64,000 nucleotides of DNA. Source: Mobula hypostoma. Lineage: Eukaryota. The notes under the pieces were generated by a model that worked only from the letters and a program-made list of their open reading frames with translations, searched no databases and was not told the origin of the DNA. The position numbers and the translations under genes are program-made. Shown in pieces: positions 49,733-61,700 of this stretch (the stretch's first letter is position 1; every line of letters begins with the position of its first letter). The DNA is taken from contig NC_086097.1 of NCBI RefSeq assembly GCF_963921235.1, positions 209,562,001 to 209,626,000 of the forward strand, read 5' to 3'.

Positions 49733-50464
49733 TCACAAGAATACCTGCCATTGCTGTTCCACTGTCTTTTCTGCGAGGATATCCAACCAGTCAACTTTGG
49801 CCAGCTCCTCCCTCATGGCTCCATAGTCTCCTTTGTTCAACTGCAATACTGACACTTCTGATCTGCCCTTATCCCTCTCAACTTGCAGATAAAAACTTAT
49901 CATATTATGGTCACTACCTCCTAATGGCTCCTTTACTTCAAGATCACTTATCAAAGCCTGTTCATTGCACAACACTAAATCCAGAATAGCCTTATCCCTG
50001 GTCGGCTCTCGTACAAGCTGCTCCAAAAATGCATCCCGTAGGCACTCTACAAACTCCCTATCCTGGGGTCCAGTACCAACCTGATTTTCCCAGTTCATCT
50101 GCATGTTGAAATCCCCCATCACTACTGCGACATTTCCTTTGCCACATGCTATTGTTAACTCCCTATTCAACTTGCACCCAATATCCATGCTACTGTTTGG
50201 GTGCCTGTAGATAACACCTGTTAAGGTCTTTTTGCCCTTACTGTTCCTCAGTTCTATCCACACTGACTCTACTTCTCCTGATTCTATGTCCCCCCTTGCG
50301 AGGGACTGAATCTCATTCCTCACCAACAGGGCCACCCCACCCCCTCTGCCCACCTTTCTGTCCCTTCGATAGCACGTATACACCTGTACATTCAATTCCC
50401 AGGTCTGATCCCCCTGCAGCCATGTCCCCGTCATCCCAACAACATCATAGTTACCCATTTGCAC
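49733..50464 (-). CDS. CR1 ORF2 apurinic-like endonuclease segment (243 aa open)
   Basis: GDFN, LDLV and SDH motifs of the APE/EEP fold. The catalytic 'TETW' reads 'TGTW' here. Confidence 0.8.
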   Translation of the reverse strand: MQMGNYDVVGMTGTWLQGDQTWELNVQVYTCYRRDRKVGRGGGVALLVRNEIQSLARGDIESGEVESVWIELRNSKGKKTLTGVIYRHPNSSMDIGCKLNRELTIACGKGNVAVVMGDFNMQMNWENQVGTGPQDREFVECLRDAFLEQLVREPTRDKAILDLVLCNEQALISDLEVKEPLGGSDHNMISFYLQVERDKGRSEVSVLQLNKGDYGAMREELAKVDWLDILAEKTVEQQWQVFL

Positions 50465-51479
50465 CTGAGCTTCAAGCTCATCCGCCTTGGAGGAAGAAAT
50501 AAATTCAAATGTAGCTAACTTGCATTGTTCAAGTAAATGTAAAATTATTCATGACATCCCCAGATCAATATTCTGCCCTCACACCATCAGAAATAGGTTA
50601 ATTGATCATTCAATAAAGTATGACTATGACTATGATTCATCTTGTGACTGCAGTTTTACTGCAACAGTGGCCATAATTCATGGTGTGTGAAGTTTGTCTC
50701 TCAGGATGCAAAATCTAGTCCTAATCAAGTGCAAGTTCTGTTTTTTTTACTCTTATGCCATCAGTGTCAAGTCACCTTGCACTGTGTTAACCATACTACA
50801 CTATTTTCTTTTCTTTTTTGTGTTCTTGGTTACTGAGTGCCATCAAGCTATTCATCACTGATAAATCTAATATTGCTATCACCAAACATTATGTTCATTA
50901 TATATTCTAAGTTAAAGGAACTGCTATACACATACTTTCCATTACCTCTCATTGTACATCTCCCCACACACCTTCTGAATACCTCCAGACACTTTAGCAC
51001 CTGAACTACTGTCCAGGTCGATAAAAGTTAATCCACTGCAACTCTGATGTGAATTCTAGATACCTGGAGCATAGGAATAGTTGTTGAATAGTTTTCCTGC
51101 AGAAAGTGAACTAGGAGCTGTTTTTGACAAAGAATTAGTGAATTTATAGCAGGGAGGAACATTTGGAACAAATCTAATGTCTCATTCCATCTCTGGGCCC
51201 CTTTGCAAATCATGAACCTAGAGAATAATCTATTTTTTCCGCCCACTCATCAGAAGCTTTAATTCTTGTGGAGTAGGAGTGGTAGTTAAGCTACTCAAGA
51301 ATTCTGCAGTTGCCCCCACTCCCAGCCACATGTTATCAGTATGTGGGCCTTTTTATAGCTTATCAAAATGGTAATGAACCCATGGCCACTTTGGAAGAAG
51401 AACCAAGTTCATATGGTACCTGCCAGCTTCCATTGTTAAAGACAACCCATTCCCAGGATTTACTTCGGTAGTCTGTGGT

Positions 51480-53275
51480 AACCACCTGCTTCAAGCAGAC
51501 TTAAATCATAAGGATATGGTAACCTGTTTCAATGGCTGTTGCACTTGCATCCATTTTGATGAGGTGCTTTGAGAGATTGGTAATGAAACAAATCAACTCC
51601 AGCCTGAAGAGCGACTTAGATCTGTTCCAATTTGCGTACCGTCACAAGAGATCAACAACAGATGCCATTACATTGGCTTTTCACCCAACCCTGGAACATC
51701 TGAACGGTGAAGAGCATCAGGATGCTCTTCATTGACTACAGATCTGTATTCAACACTATCATCCCCTCAAGTTAATCAATAAGCTCCAAGGCCAAGGCCT
51801 CAATCCCTCAATCCCTCATAGGAGGGAGTTTGAAAACCTGGCTGAATAGTACCTCAACAGCCACCGCCCTGGTATCTGATGATCTTACAGGAGCTGGTGA
51901 TCATGATTGTAAAATGTAGTTCCAGTTCAGGTGAAGTCTAAGAAGAAGAACAAGACAGTGGTTACTTATGCCTTCCTGGATCAAGGAAGTACAGCAGTGT
52001 TCTGCACAGAGACCTCTTGAACAAGCTTGGCCTCACATGAAAAGGAACACACATTCTTTTATGCACCAGGGGTCAAGAGAATGTTGTGAGTAGCTATGTT
52101 GTTTCAGGATTGGATGTGGCTGGTTCGGATAGTGAAAACTATAGTGAACTACCTAACATCTATACACAGGAACATATGCCTGTCCACAAAGGGTTCATTC
52201 TTCATTGGAGAGATCTTTAGGAATGGTCTTACCTGAAGCATATTTATTTGCTGGAAATTGAATCAAAAATTGAGCTGCTGATGGGGATGAATCTACCTAA
52301 GACACTGGAGACATTGCAAGTGATTTGCAGTGTTAATGATGCACCCTAGGCAATCAGAACAATGGTGGGTTGGACTGTTAATGGATCATTGAAAGAAGAG
52401 GTGGCAGAAGAGACTACACTTGGCCAGAGCTAACAGTTAAAGGAACTTCCATTTTGTGCTTGGATGAGCTTTGGCAGCAGCTTTTCAGGACAGATTTTCA
52501 TGATTGCAGTCGAGGGACAACCTAGTTTGGTAGGGGAAGAGCACAATCCAGAATGGACAGTAACTTTAAATTCCTTGGTGTTAACATTTCAGGGGGTCTG
52601 TGTGGGTCCAGCACGTAAGTGCCATTACAAAGCAAGCACGGCAGCAACTCTACTGTCTTGGAAGTTTACAAAAATTCAGGATGGCATCTAAAAGTTTGGC
52701 AATCTTCTGTAAATGCATGGTGGAGAGCATTCTGACTGGTTGCATCACATCATGGTATGGAAACACCAATGCCCTTGAAAGAAAAAGCCTGACAAAAGTA
52801 ATGGATAGAGCATAGTCCATCACAGATCAAGCCCTCCCCACCATTAAGCACATCTACATGGAGCACTGTTACAGGGATGCAGCATCCATCATTAAGGACC
52901 TCCAGCATCCAGGGCATGCTCTCTTGCTGCTGCCATCTGGAAAGAGGTATAGGAACTTCAGCTCCCATGCCACCAGAGGAGAAAGCTTCACTCACCCCAG
53001 CACAGCACTGATTCCACACACTATGAACTCATTTTCGATGACTCTACAACTCGTGTTCCCAATACTTATTATTTATTTTTTATTATTATTGTTTTTTGTG
53101 TTTTGTATTTGCACAATTTGTAGTCTCTTGCACATTGGTTGGTTGTCCATTTTTGCAGTTTTTCATTAATTCAATTAATTCATTAAATATTTAATGTGAA
53201 TACCCACAAGAAAATGAACCATTGGGAAGTATATGATGACATATAAGTACAATGATAATGAATTCTACTTTGGAC
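51480..53275 (+). mobile_element. Decayed Rex-Babar LINE with an internal BEL fragment
   Basis: 'VALASILMRCFERLV..LFQFAYRHKRSTTDAI' (51532-51735), resuming at about 52555 with 'NFKFLGV..TKQARQQLYCL..ESILTGCITSWYG..IIKDLQHPGHAL'. Confidence 0.8.
51860..52550 (+). pseudogene. BEL/Pao LTR-retrotransposon aspartic protease region (degenerate)
   Basis: My translation gives 'LTGAGDHDC..VPVQVKSKKKNKTVVTYAFLDQGSTAVFCTE..ELPNIYTQEHMPV..IELLMG..AIRTMVGWTVNG..LDELWQQ', the BEL-type 'TYAxLDxGS..TxxGWxxxG' pattern. Confidence 0.8.
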
Positions 53276-53519
53276 AGTGAGAATGAAGCCAATATTTCCA
53301 AGATAATTCAGTGCTCTTTTGTAAAGCAATCAGTATACTGCTACAGACAAATGTAATCCTGAGTTTCAGGATCACAATGTGAAGTACCAGGCTATAAATA
53401 CTGATGTTTTCATCGTTTGTTCCATTTGCATCTGAGCAATTGGCAACTCTAACTTGGAAGTTTTTAAGTCCACTATTTACTTACTTGCAGATAAATAACT
53501 TTTTTTCCACATTAATTTG

Positions 53520-54395
53520 CAGTGGATTCTGGTTACCTCTTTAAAGTAACCAGAAACGATTTGGGAAAATAGCCCGATTCCCTTTGTTTATTTGGAACAA
53601 TATGCCAGTTAAATGGGAGTTTCTAACTAAGATCAGCTGAGAGTGCTTGTGTGGCCTTTAGACACTACTTAGAGTGAACAATTTTGAAATAGCATCAGTT
53701 GTGTGTGCTTGTGTTTTGTCAAGGGAAATAAGCAGTAAGCCAATTCAGAACTGTTTTGCTCACTGCGGTTTCAAGTATTCAAGCCTGGAAATAGATATGT
53801 ATGGCTGGGAATGAAAATGACACTATTTCATTACTTCAGCAAGTTAGGAACTTAAAAGAAATTGAAGGTATCGATGTCATCTTGAATGTTACCTTTGGTC
53901 CCCACTGGACACTCAACTCTCACGTGTAGCTTCAAGTAACTGTTCGCAAGTGACAGTGGTCACAGCCTGGTACACCGCTTTGACAAGCACTTCTGCAAAG
54001 CTCCATGGAGAGCGAAGGGCATGACAAAGCACAGAGGAACTCTTGCTCATTCACTGAACCCAGAGAAGACCACAGTTGTGACATTTGTTCATACTTCTAG
54101 ATCCGGTCTTCTGAGGTTGAGAGAATGCCCAGTGCAATGGTTTTTCCACTTTAAGAAAGACTCTCCCACATGGGTTTCCTGTCATCTTCGGATATGATGG
54201 GCAACCATCATAATTTCTAATTTGTTCTGTGTTTCATTTAGATGCTTTTTTTTTTACTCAGTTAAATGGTAGTTTGTTGTTTTTTTTAAATACCTTTTTA
54301 ATTGTTTCCTTAAAACTTGGGCTAACTTGAGACAACCGCATAATTGGGCAAAAATTTACTTATCCTGATGTGTCCCAATTAACTGGAATCCACTT
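53520..54395 (+). mobile_element. Old Tigger/pogo-like non-autonomous element with an internal insertion (about 53893-54210)
   Basis: TIRs CAGTGGATTCTGGTTA and rc AGTGGATTCCAGTTA; internal 'IQNCFAHCGFK' (about 53742-53775), typical of the end of the pogo/Tigger DDE domain. Confidence 0.65.
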
Positions 54396-56662
54396 TTTTT
54401 TTTGAAAATGTGTATGGTTAAAAGGAGAAAATCTCAGGAGCCAGGGCACTTTTGAGTTACAATAGATAATACTTCCACTCCACGCAGTAAATAAATACTG
54501 CAGCTGTGGCTTCATTCTTGGTAGTTCACCTATTTTTTTTTTGCTTATTTTCCTTTTGCCAGTTCTACTTAACCTTGGAACTCTAGGCCAGTCCCTCTAC
54601 TTGTGGTAGTATTTGCCTTTGGCTATAAATGCTAGGAAAATCTTAATCTAATATTCCTTTATAAAATTGAATTTCCAACAGCAGCAGGACAAGCTCACAC
54701 ACTATTTAGTGGAAGTGTGCATATATAGCTTTAAATATCCCATGAAGCAGATTTATACAGCTATCCATAAGGTGAAAATACCCCTGAAGTAAACATTTAT
54801 TGCTTGGCTAGGACTGCCATTAACTGTTCCTTGAAGATCATTTCATCAGCTCTTGAGAGTTTGTGAAATTGGTTATTTAATGGTTTTAATGAAATATACA
54901 GTATGTGAACTTGACTATTGGTGCTGTAGGATTTAATTTTATAAGAAGCTTTAATAAAATGTATTGAACTACCAATTACAAATTTCAGCTATGAAATTTA
55001 GCTCCCTGCTGTACAACCTGCACCATCTGTCATATTGGTAAGGCTGAGAGCTCAAGTGATGATCGTGTATGCTAGAGGTACACAGAGTTGACAGATTGTG
55101 AAGTCAGTTCTCCTTGTAATGTGGATTTGATGGCAGCACTGTAAAATTTGTCTGCAGCTTACCGTCCGTGTTCAACTTGCCTGTGTTTGATAGTATATTG
55201 GTAAATTGGTTTATTAGAATCAGAATCAATTTTAATATCACCGACATATGTTGTGAAATCTGTTAACTTAGCAGCAGCCGTACAGTGCAATACATGATAA
55301 TATAGAGAAATATAAGTAAGTCGATTACAGTAAGTATATATATGCATGTTAAGTTAAAAATAGTGCAAAAACAGAAATAATAAAAGTAAGGTAGTGTTCA
55401 TGGGTTCAATGTCCATTTAGGAAAACTTTTGCATACTGCTTGTACAGATCATTTCATTCCAACAGTACATTGAGGCAGTACAAGGTAAAACAGTGCAAAA
55501 TAAGTTGTTATAGTTACAGAGAAATAAGGGGCATTCATTCCCTTTCTACTTCTCCACTGCCACGTTAATTATCCAGGATGTATCTTCAGGTGACAACTCA
55601 ATAAAACAGAGGAAGAAGGATTAACCGCAATAGGTGGCCACTATGCCTTTGATTTTTGTCAACCAAGTGGAACAGTGGACAATCTTGTCACACCTGGCTC
55701 TCCTGAAAATATCCTCTCCATTCTACATCCGACCCATCTGTGCCAAAGTCTGAAGAATCTGCACTATGATTCATCAGTGATTTAATGACCCACAAAAATA
55801 AAAGAGAAACAAATCTTTCTCAACCCAAGGAACTATTGAAGTATAACAATAATAAAAATCTATTTTTAAATTTAATGTTTATTCTGGTGTTTCTAGAAAT
55901 CGCCTTAAAATGCACAGGAATTCTTTGTTTGCTTTGCATCACAAAAAATGCCATGTCAGATACTAGTAGCTTCCCATAATTGCAATATATGTTCAGATAG
56001 CTTCTGTGCCTGTATTATAAGAGAATTTATCCTCCCTCTTTGCATCGGGCATAATGACCAAGTTTAACAATCAAATCTTTGCTCAGGAATGAGAATTATC
56101 TGAGAAAAGAGCTATCAATGAGAAGTTAATTTACCAGACTTGCATATAAAGACCTGTGGGCTTGATTACCTATGAAAAGGACTACAGAAAGCTTTTAATA
56201 CTGGGTTAATTTTGATTAATGCTGGTGATTTTTTTTTGTGCCAGGACACCTTAGAGCCATAAGAGATATTTAACTGAGAGCACAAGACCATGAAAGCCAA
56301 TTAGACTTGCTGCCAAACCAGTAAAGATCTTCAGGAAATACCTCTCATCCAAAATATTTTACTACAAAAAAAATTACCCTGCTTCATATATATGTTTGAG
56401 TTGTTTGAACTTTATTTGGGAAATCAGGCAGAATAAGAAAGCCGGCTCCAGCTCCGGATGGATTTTCTTCCTTCCTCAGTTGCTATCTTTGATTGCAAAT
56501 TGCCCTGATCTCTTGATGTTACCACTCACGTTCCTGGTTGTATTAGTTAATAGTTAATGTTTCCTGCTCATTCAGTTCTGTTCCTCTCCCTTTCAGTAAC
56601 ATAAAAGTGGAAACCCTTTTACATTTACTTCTGTTTATTTCAGTTAGAGATACGTCACTAAT

Positions 56663-58320
56663 ATAGAAACATAGAAACATAGAAAATAGGTGCAGGAGTA
56701 GGCCATTCGGCCCTTCGAGCCTGCACCGCCATTTATTATGATCATGGCTGATCATCCAACTCAGAACCCCGCCCCAGCCTTCCCTCCATACCCCCTGACC
56801 CCCGTAGCCACAAGGGCCATATCAAACTCCCTCTTAAATATAGCCAATGAACTGGCCTCAACAGTTTCCTGTGGCAGAGAATTCCACAGATTCAACTTTT
56901 GTGTGAAGAAGTTTTTCCTAATCTCGGTCCTAAAAGGCTTCCCCTCTATCCTCAAACTGTGACCCCTCGTTCTGGACTTCCCCAACATCGGGAACAATCT
57001 TCCCGCATCTAGCCTGTCCAATCCCTTTAGGATCTTATACGTTTCAATCAGATCCCCCCTCAATCTTCTAAATTCCAACGAGTACAAGCCCAGTTCATCC
57101 AGTCTTTCTTCATATGAAAGACCTGCCATCCCAGGAATCAATCTGGTGAACCTTCTTTGTACTCCCTCTATGGCAAAGATGTCTTTCCTCAGATTAGGGA
57201 ACCAAAACTGCACACAATACTCCAGGTGTGGTCTCACCAAGGCCTTGTACAACTGCAGTAGTACCTCCCTGCTCCTGTACTCCAATCCTCTCGCTATAAA
57301 TGCCAGCATACCGTTCGCCTTTTTCACCGCCTGCTGTACCTGCATGCCCACTTTGAATGACTGGTGTATAATGACACCCAGGTCTCGTTGCACCTCCCCT
57401 TTTCCTAATCGGCCACCATTCAGATAATAATCTGTTTTCCTATTTTTGCCACCAAAGTGGATAACTTCACATTTATCCACATTAAATTGTATCTGCCATG
57501 AGTTTGCCCATTCACCCAACCTATCCAAGTCACCCTGCATCCTCTTAGCATCCTCCTCACTGCTAACACTGCCACCCAGCTTCGTGTCATCCGCAAACTT
57601 GGAGATGCTGCATTTAATTCCCTCATCCAAGTCATTAATATATATTGTAAACAACTGGGGTCCCAGCACTGAGCCTTGCGGTACCCCACTAGTCACCGCC
57701 TGCCATTCTGAAAAGGTCCCGTTTATTCCCACTCTTTGCTTCCTGTCTGCTAACCAATTCTCCACCCACACCAATACCTTACCCCCAATACCGTGTGCTT
57801 TAAGTTTGCACACTAATCTCCTGTGTGGGACCTTGTCAAAAGCCTTTTGAAAATCCAAATATACCACATCCACTGGTTCTCCCCTATCCACTCTACTAGT
57901 TACATCCTCAAAAAATTCTATGAGATTCGTCAGACATGATTTTCCTTTCACAAATCCATGCTGACTTTGTCCGATCATTTCACCGCTTTCCAAATGTGCT
58001 GTTATCACATCCTTGATAATTGACTCCAGCAGTTTCCCCACCACCGACGTTAGGCTAACTAGCCTATAATTCCCCGGTTTCTCTCTCCCTCCTTTTTTAA
58101 AAAGTGGGGTTACATTAGCCACCCTCCAATCCTCAGGAACTAGTCCAGAATCTAACGAGTTTTGAAAAATTATCACTAATGCATCCACTATTTCTTGGGC
58201 TACTTCCTTAAGCACTCTAGGATGCAGACCATCTGGCCCTGGGGATTTATCTGCCTTCAATCCCTTCAATTTACCTAACACCTCTTCCCTACTAACATGT
58301 ATTTCACTCAGTTCCTCCAG
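56663..58320 (-). mobile_element. Young 5'-truncated CR1 LINE
   Basis: Uninterrupted ORF2 C-terminal frame, CR1 3'UTR and (TTTCTATG)n tail. Confidence 0.95.
56761..58320 (-). CDS. CR1 ORF2 RT domain and C-terminus (about 519 aa open, 5'-truncated)
   Basis: KSPGPDGLHPRVLKE..NYRLVSLTSVVGKLLE..YLDFQKAFDKVPH..GVPQGSVLGPQLF..ISKFADDTKL..LGLYSLEFRRLRGDLIE. The first residues of the listed ORF (to 58338) come from the flanking SINE. Confidence 0.9.
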   Translation of the reverse strand: MEELSEIHVSREEVLGKLKGLKADKSPGPDGLHPRVLKEVAQEIVDALVIIFQNSLDSGLVPEDWRVANVTPLFKKGGREKPGNYRLVSLTSVVGKLLESIIKDVITAHLESGEMIGQSQHGFVKGKSCLTNLIEFFEDVTSRVDRGEPVDVVYLDFQKAFDKVPHRRLVCKLKAHGIGGKVLVWVENWLADRKQRVGINGTFSEWQAVTSGVPQGSVLGPQLFTIYINDLDEGIKCSISKFADDTKLGGSVSSEEDAKRMQGDLDRLGEWANSWQIQFNVDKCEVIHFGGKNRKTDYYLNGGRLGKGEVQRDLGVIIHQSFKVGMQVQQAVKKANGMLAFIARGLEYRSREVLLQLYKALVRPHLEYCVQFWFPNLRKDIFAIEGVQRRFTRLIPGMAGLSYEERLDELGLYSLEFRRLRGDLIETYKILKGLDRLDAGRLFPMLGKSRTRGHSLRIEGKPFRTEIRKNFFTQKLNLWNSLPQETVEASSLAIFKREFDMALVATGVRGYGGKAGAGF

Positions 58321-58585
58321 ACCCTTCCGGCACTTCAAGCCGTGCTGACTAGCAACCCAGTGATTTAACCCTGGCCTAATAATGGGACAGTTTACAATGA
58401 CTAATTATCTGACTAACCAGTACATCTTTGGGCTGTTGGAGGAAAATGGAGCACCCAGAGGAAACTCACAAGCACACAGGAAGAAATGTACAAACTTGCT
58501 TACAGATGGGGCCGGAATTGAACTCATATCTCCAAAGCCCTGAGCTGCAATAGTGTCACGCTAACTGCTATGCTTCTGTGGTACC
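58321..58585 (-). mobile_element. HE1-like V-SINE, split by the CR1; its 3' tip is at about 56632-56661
   Basis: Minus strand GTGAGTTTCCTCTGGGTGCTCCATTTTCCTCCAACAGCCCAAAGATGT (V-domain) and a tRNA-like head with GAGTTCAATTCC (B-box). Confidence 0.8.
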
Positions 58586-59089
58586 TTGTGATTAACCACA
58601 GCCTCATAATAAAATACTTCTGATCTATTCCATCAAACTAACAGCCCTATCCCCAACCTTAACTTTCAATCCATGTTACCCCTCAAGTTCCTGACGGTAT
58701 TCTCCATAGCTCTATGTCTGAATTTTTTAAATCAAACATTTGCCTCAGCCACAGCATTCGAATAGTCCTTATCAAATCATAGTTATAATCATATATAACC
58801 TACACTGGTAATCACTATTTACTGGATCTCCTCGTCATTTTCAATCTGTCCACAGCCTGTGGCCCATTCTTCCACACCATCTCCATTTAGTAATTCTCAT
58901 GTAAAGATTGGCTGGGTCTGATCACCCTGACTTGATTTCATTTATGTACAGTAGATCTCATTGTGGTCAGATAATTCCCTGAATTAACATTGCGTGCTGC
59001 CATTTGATTTTACCCATATGGACCAAAATTAAAATGATCTCCCCAGCGCTTGCATCTTACCTTGCTTAGGTCACATTTTACTTTTCGGA

Positions 59090-59510
59090 ATTGGATTTAA
59101 CATCATTGCCGTCTTTGACGTGAGATTTGTAGTCTTGCTGCAACGGTACAATGCAAAGACTCTAAATTAGACAATAAATAAATAGTGAAAGAAAAGGAAA
59201 AAACGGGATAGTGTCCATGGGTTCATGGAACATTTCTGACTGGTGGGGAGAAAGCTGTTTCTGAATGGCTGAGTGCAACTGTACCTCCTCCCTGATGGTA
59301 GTAACAAGGAGAGTGCATGTCCAAGATGGTGAGGGTCCTTAATGATAGATGCCACCTTCTTGAGGCACTGCCTGTTGAAAATGTCCTTCATGGCGGGGGG
59401 GAGGGGGGGGAGGTTTGTGTGTGTGATGGAGCTGGCCCAGCCTAGAACCCTCTGCAGCTTCTTACACCCTGTGCATTGAAGCCTCCGTATCAGACAGTGG
59501 TGCATTCAGT
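59090..59510 (-). mobile_element. Rex-Babar LINE 3' fragment
   Basis: ORF 59167-59505 'KKLQRVL..CLKKVASIIKDPHHLGHAL..LPSGRRY..FRNSFLP'. Confidence 0.8.
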
Positions 59511-59519
59511 CAGGTCATG

Positions 59520-61700
59520 AGACATAGGATCAGAACCAGGTCACTCGATCTATCCATTCTGCTCCGCGATAGTCCCATTCATCTGCCTTCTCCCCTTTGC
59601 CTATGAGGCCTTACTAATCAAGAACCTATCAACCTCTTCTTTAAATATACCCAATTACTCGGCCTCTGCTGTCTGTGGCAATGAATTCCACAGATTCACC
59701 GTTATCTGGCTAAAGAAATTCCTCATCTTCTTTGTTCTAAGGGGACTGTGCCCTCTGGTTCTAGACTCTCCCACTATAGGAAACATCCTCTACACATCCA
59801 TTCCGTCTAGGCTTTTTAATATTTAATAGGTTTCAGTGTGATTTTCCCCTAAACCCCACCCCCCCACCATTCTTCAAGTCCAGACCCGGAGACCCTGAGC
59901 CATCCAACACTCCTTGTCTGGTAACCCGTTCGTTCCAGGATCATTCACACGAGCCTGCTCTGTACCCTCTCCAATGCTAGCTCATCCTTTTGTAGATCAG
60001 GGACCTGAAACAGATTATAGTACTACAAATGCAGCCTGACCAATGCCATATACAGCTTCAGTATTACATCCTTGCTTTTATATTCTCGTCCTCTGAAAAT
60101 GAATGCTAACAGTACATTTGCCTTCCTCACCACTGACTTATCCTGCAAGTTAACCTTTGGGAAAACCTGTACTAGGACTCCCAAGTCCATTCGCAACACC
60201 AATTTCTGAAATTGCTCCTGCTTAGAAAGTAGTCTTTGCCTTTATTCCTTCTACCAAAGTGTCTGATCATACACTTCTTTACACAGTATTTCATCTGCTA
60301 TTTCTTTGCCCATTCTCCTCATCTGTCTAAGTCCTTGTATGGTCTCTCTGCTTCCTCAACACTGCCTGCCCCATCACCTTTTTTTCATCCACAGACTTGG
60401 CCAAAAGGCCATCAATTCCATCAGCTAGATCAGAGGTCCCCAACATCCAGGGCGCGGACCAATACTGGGCCGTGAAGCGTGCAGGGGTGCAGCGGTAGCC
60501 GGAGCGTACCCATCACATCTTTAAGAAAAAAGCTGAAATAAACAATCTAATTAATTAGGTGCTGCCCAGAAGCCAGTCTTCATTAGAGGAACTGAGGTGG
60601 AGAGGGTCAATAACTTTAAATTCTTTGACATTAAAGATCGACGTTTCTCTCTCTGAAAAGTGTCAGAGGATCTGTCCTGGGACCAGCACGTAACTGTCAT
60701 TACAAAGAAAGCATGGCAGTGCCTAAACTTTATTAGAAGTTTGTGTAGATTCAACATGTCAGCTCGATCAAGACAGCCCTGTCTTTTCAGCCCGTCTGGG
60801 CTGGCGTTCAAATTGACCAAACAATGGAACAGCTAAAGGCTCCAGCGCCCTGGAAAGAGGAGTGAACATCACGTAAAGCAAGTGAAATCGGCAATCGCCC
60901 CTGATCTGGGCCGACATTTACGTGCCGGGCGGCACCTAATTAATTAGCTTATTTATTTCCGCTCTTTTCTTAAAGATGTGCTGGGTGCGTTCTGACTACC
61001 GCTGCACCACTGCATTCTTCGCTGCAATGTATCGGTCCGCGGCCCGGAGGTTGGGGACCACTGGTCTACGCGATGTTCGCTCATCTTTCCAGGGCGCTGG
61101 AGCCTTTAGCTGTTCCATTGTTTGGTCAATTTAAACGCCAGCCCAGACAGGCTGATAAGACAGGGCTGTCAGGATCGAGGTGACATGTTGAATCTACACA
61201 AACTTCTAATAAAGTATAGGCACTGCTGTGCTTTCGTTGTAATGACAGATACGTGCTGGTCCCAGGACAGATCCTCCGACACTTTTCAGAGAGAGAAATG
61301 TCGATCCTTAATGCCGAAGAATTTAAAGTTATTGACCCCCTCCACCTCAGTTCCTCTAATGAAGACTGGCTTCTGGGTGGCACCTAATTAATTAGGTTGT
61401 TTATTTCAGCTTTTTTCTTAAAGATGTGCTGAGTGTGCTCCGGCTACCACAGCACTCCCACATGCTTCACGGCCCGGAGGTCGGGGACCACTGAGCTAGA
61501 TCATTGACATATAACATGTAAAGAAGCAGTCCCAACACTGATCCCTGCAGATCATCACTAGCACTGGCAGCCAAAGGTCCCCTGTATTCCCACTCTTTGC
61601 CTCCTGCCAGTTAGCCAATGGTCTGCTCATGCTGGTATCTTCCCTGAAACACCACAGGCCCTTGTTTTCTATAGCAGCCTCATGTGCAACATCTTGTTGA
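59520..61700 (-). mobile_element. Decayed CR1 LINE interrupted by the hAT fold-back element
   Basis: CR1 3' region at 59520-60430 continues at 61502 (CATTGACATATAAC..CAGTCCCAACACTGATCCCTG, the rc of the 'QGSVLG' region). Confidence 0.8.
60431..61493. mobile_element. Fold-back non-autonomous hAT (Charlie-like) element with 8-bp TSD
   Basis: TSD AGCTAGAT at 60423-60430 and 61494-61501. TIRs CAGAGGTCCCCAAC and rc CAGTGGTCCCCGAC. Inverted arms of about 430-445 bp (60431-60875, 61067-61493); ORFs 60551-60820(-) and 61122-61391(+) are near-identical mirror translations. Confidence 0.9.

Larger units (their letters stand above)
47637..50490 (-). mobile_element. Relatively young CR1 LINE: almost the whole of ORF2, few frameshifts
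   Basis: APE ORF 49733-50464 (YDVVGMTGTWL..GGGVALLV..MGDFN..ILDLVL..LGGSDHN), linker ORFs 49460-49729 and 49048-49485, RT ORF 47728-48999; (CTATTGT)n tail at about 47638-47657. Confidence 0.95.

Noticed and set aside
60551..61391. Pair of near-identical 89-aa ORFs on opposite strands as duplicated genes
   Set aside because: They are mirror translations of the inverted arms, antisense to a captured LINE fragment.
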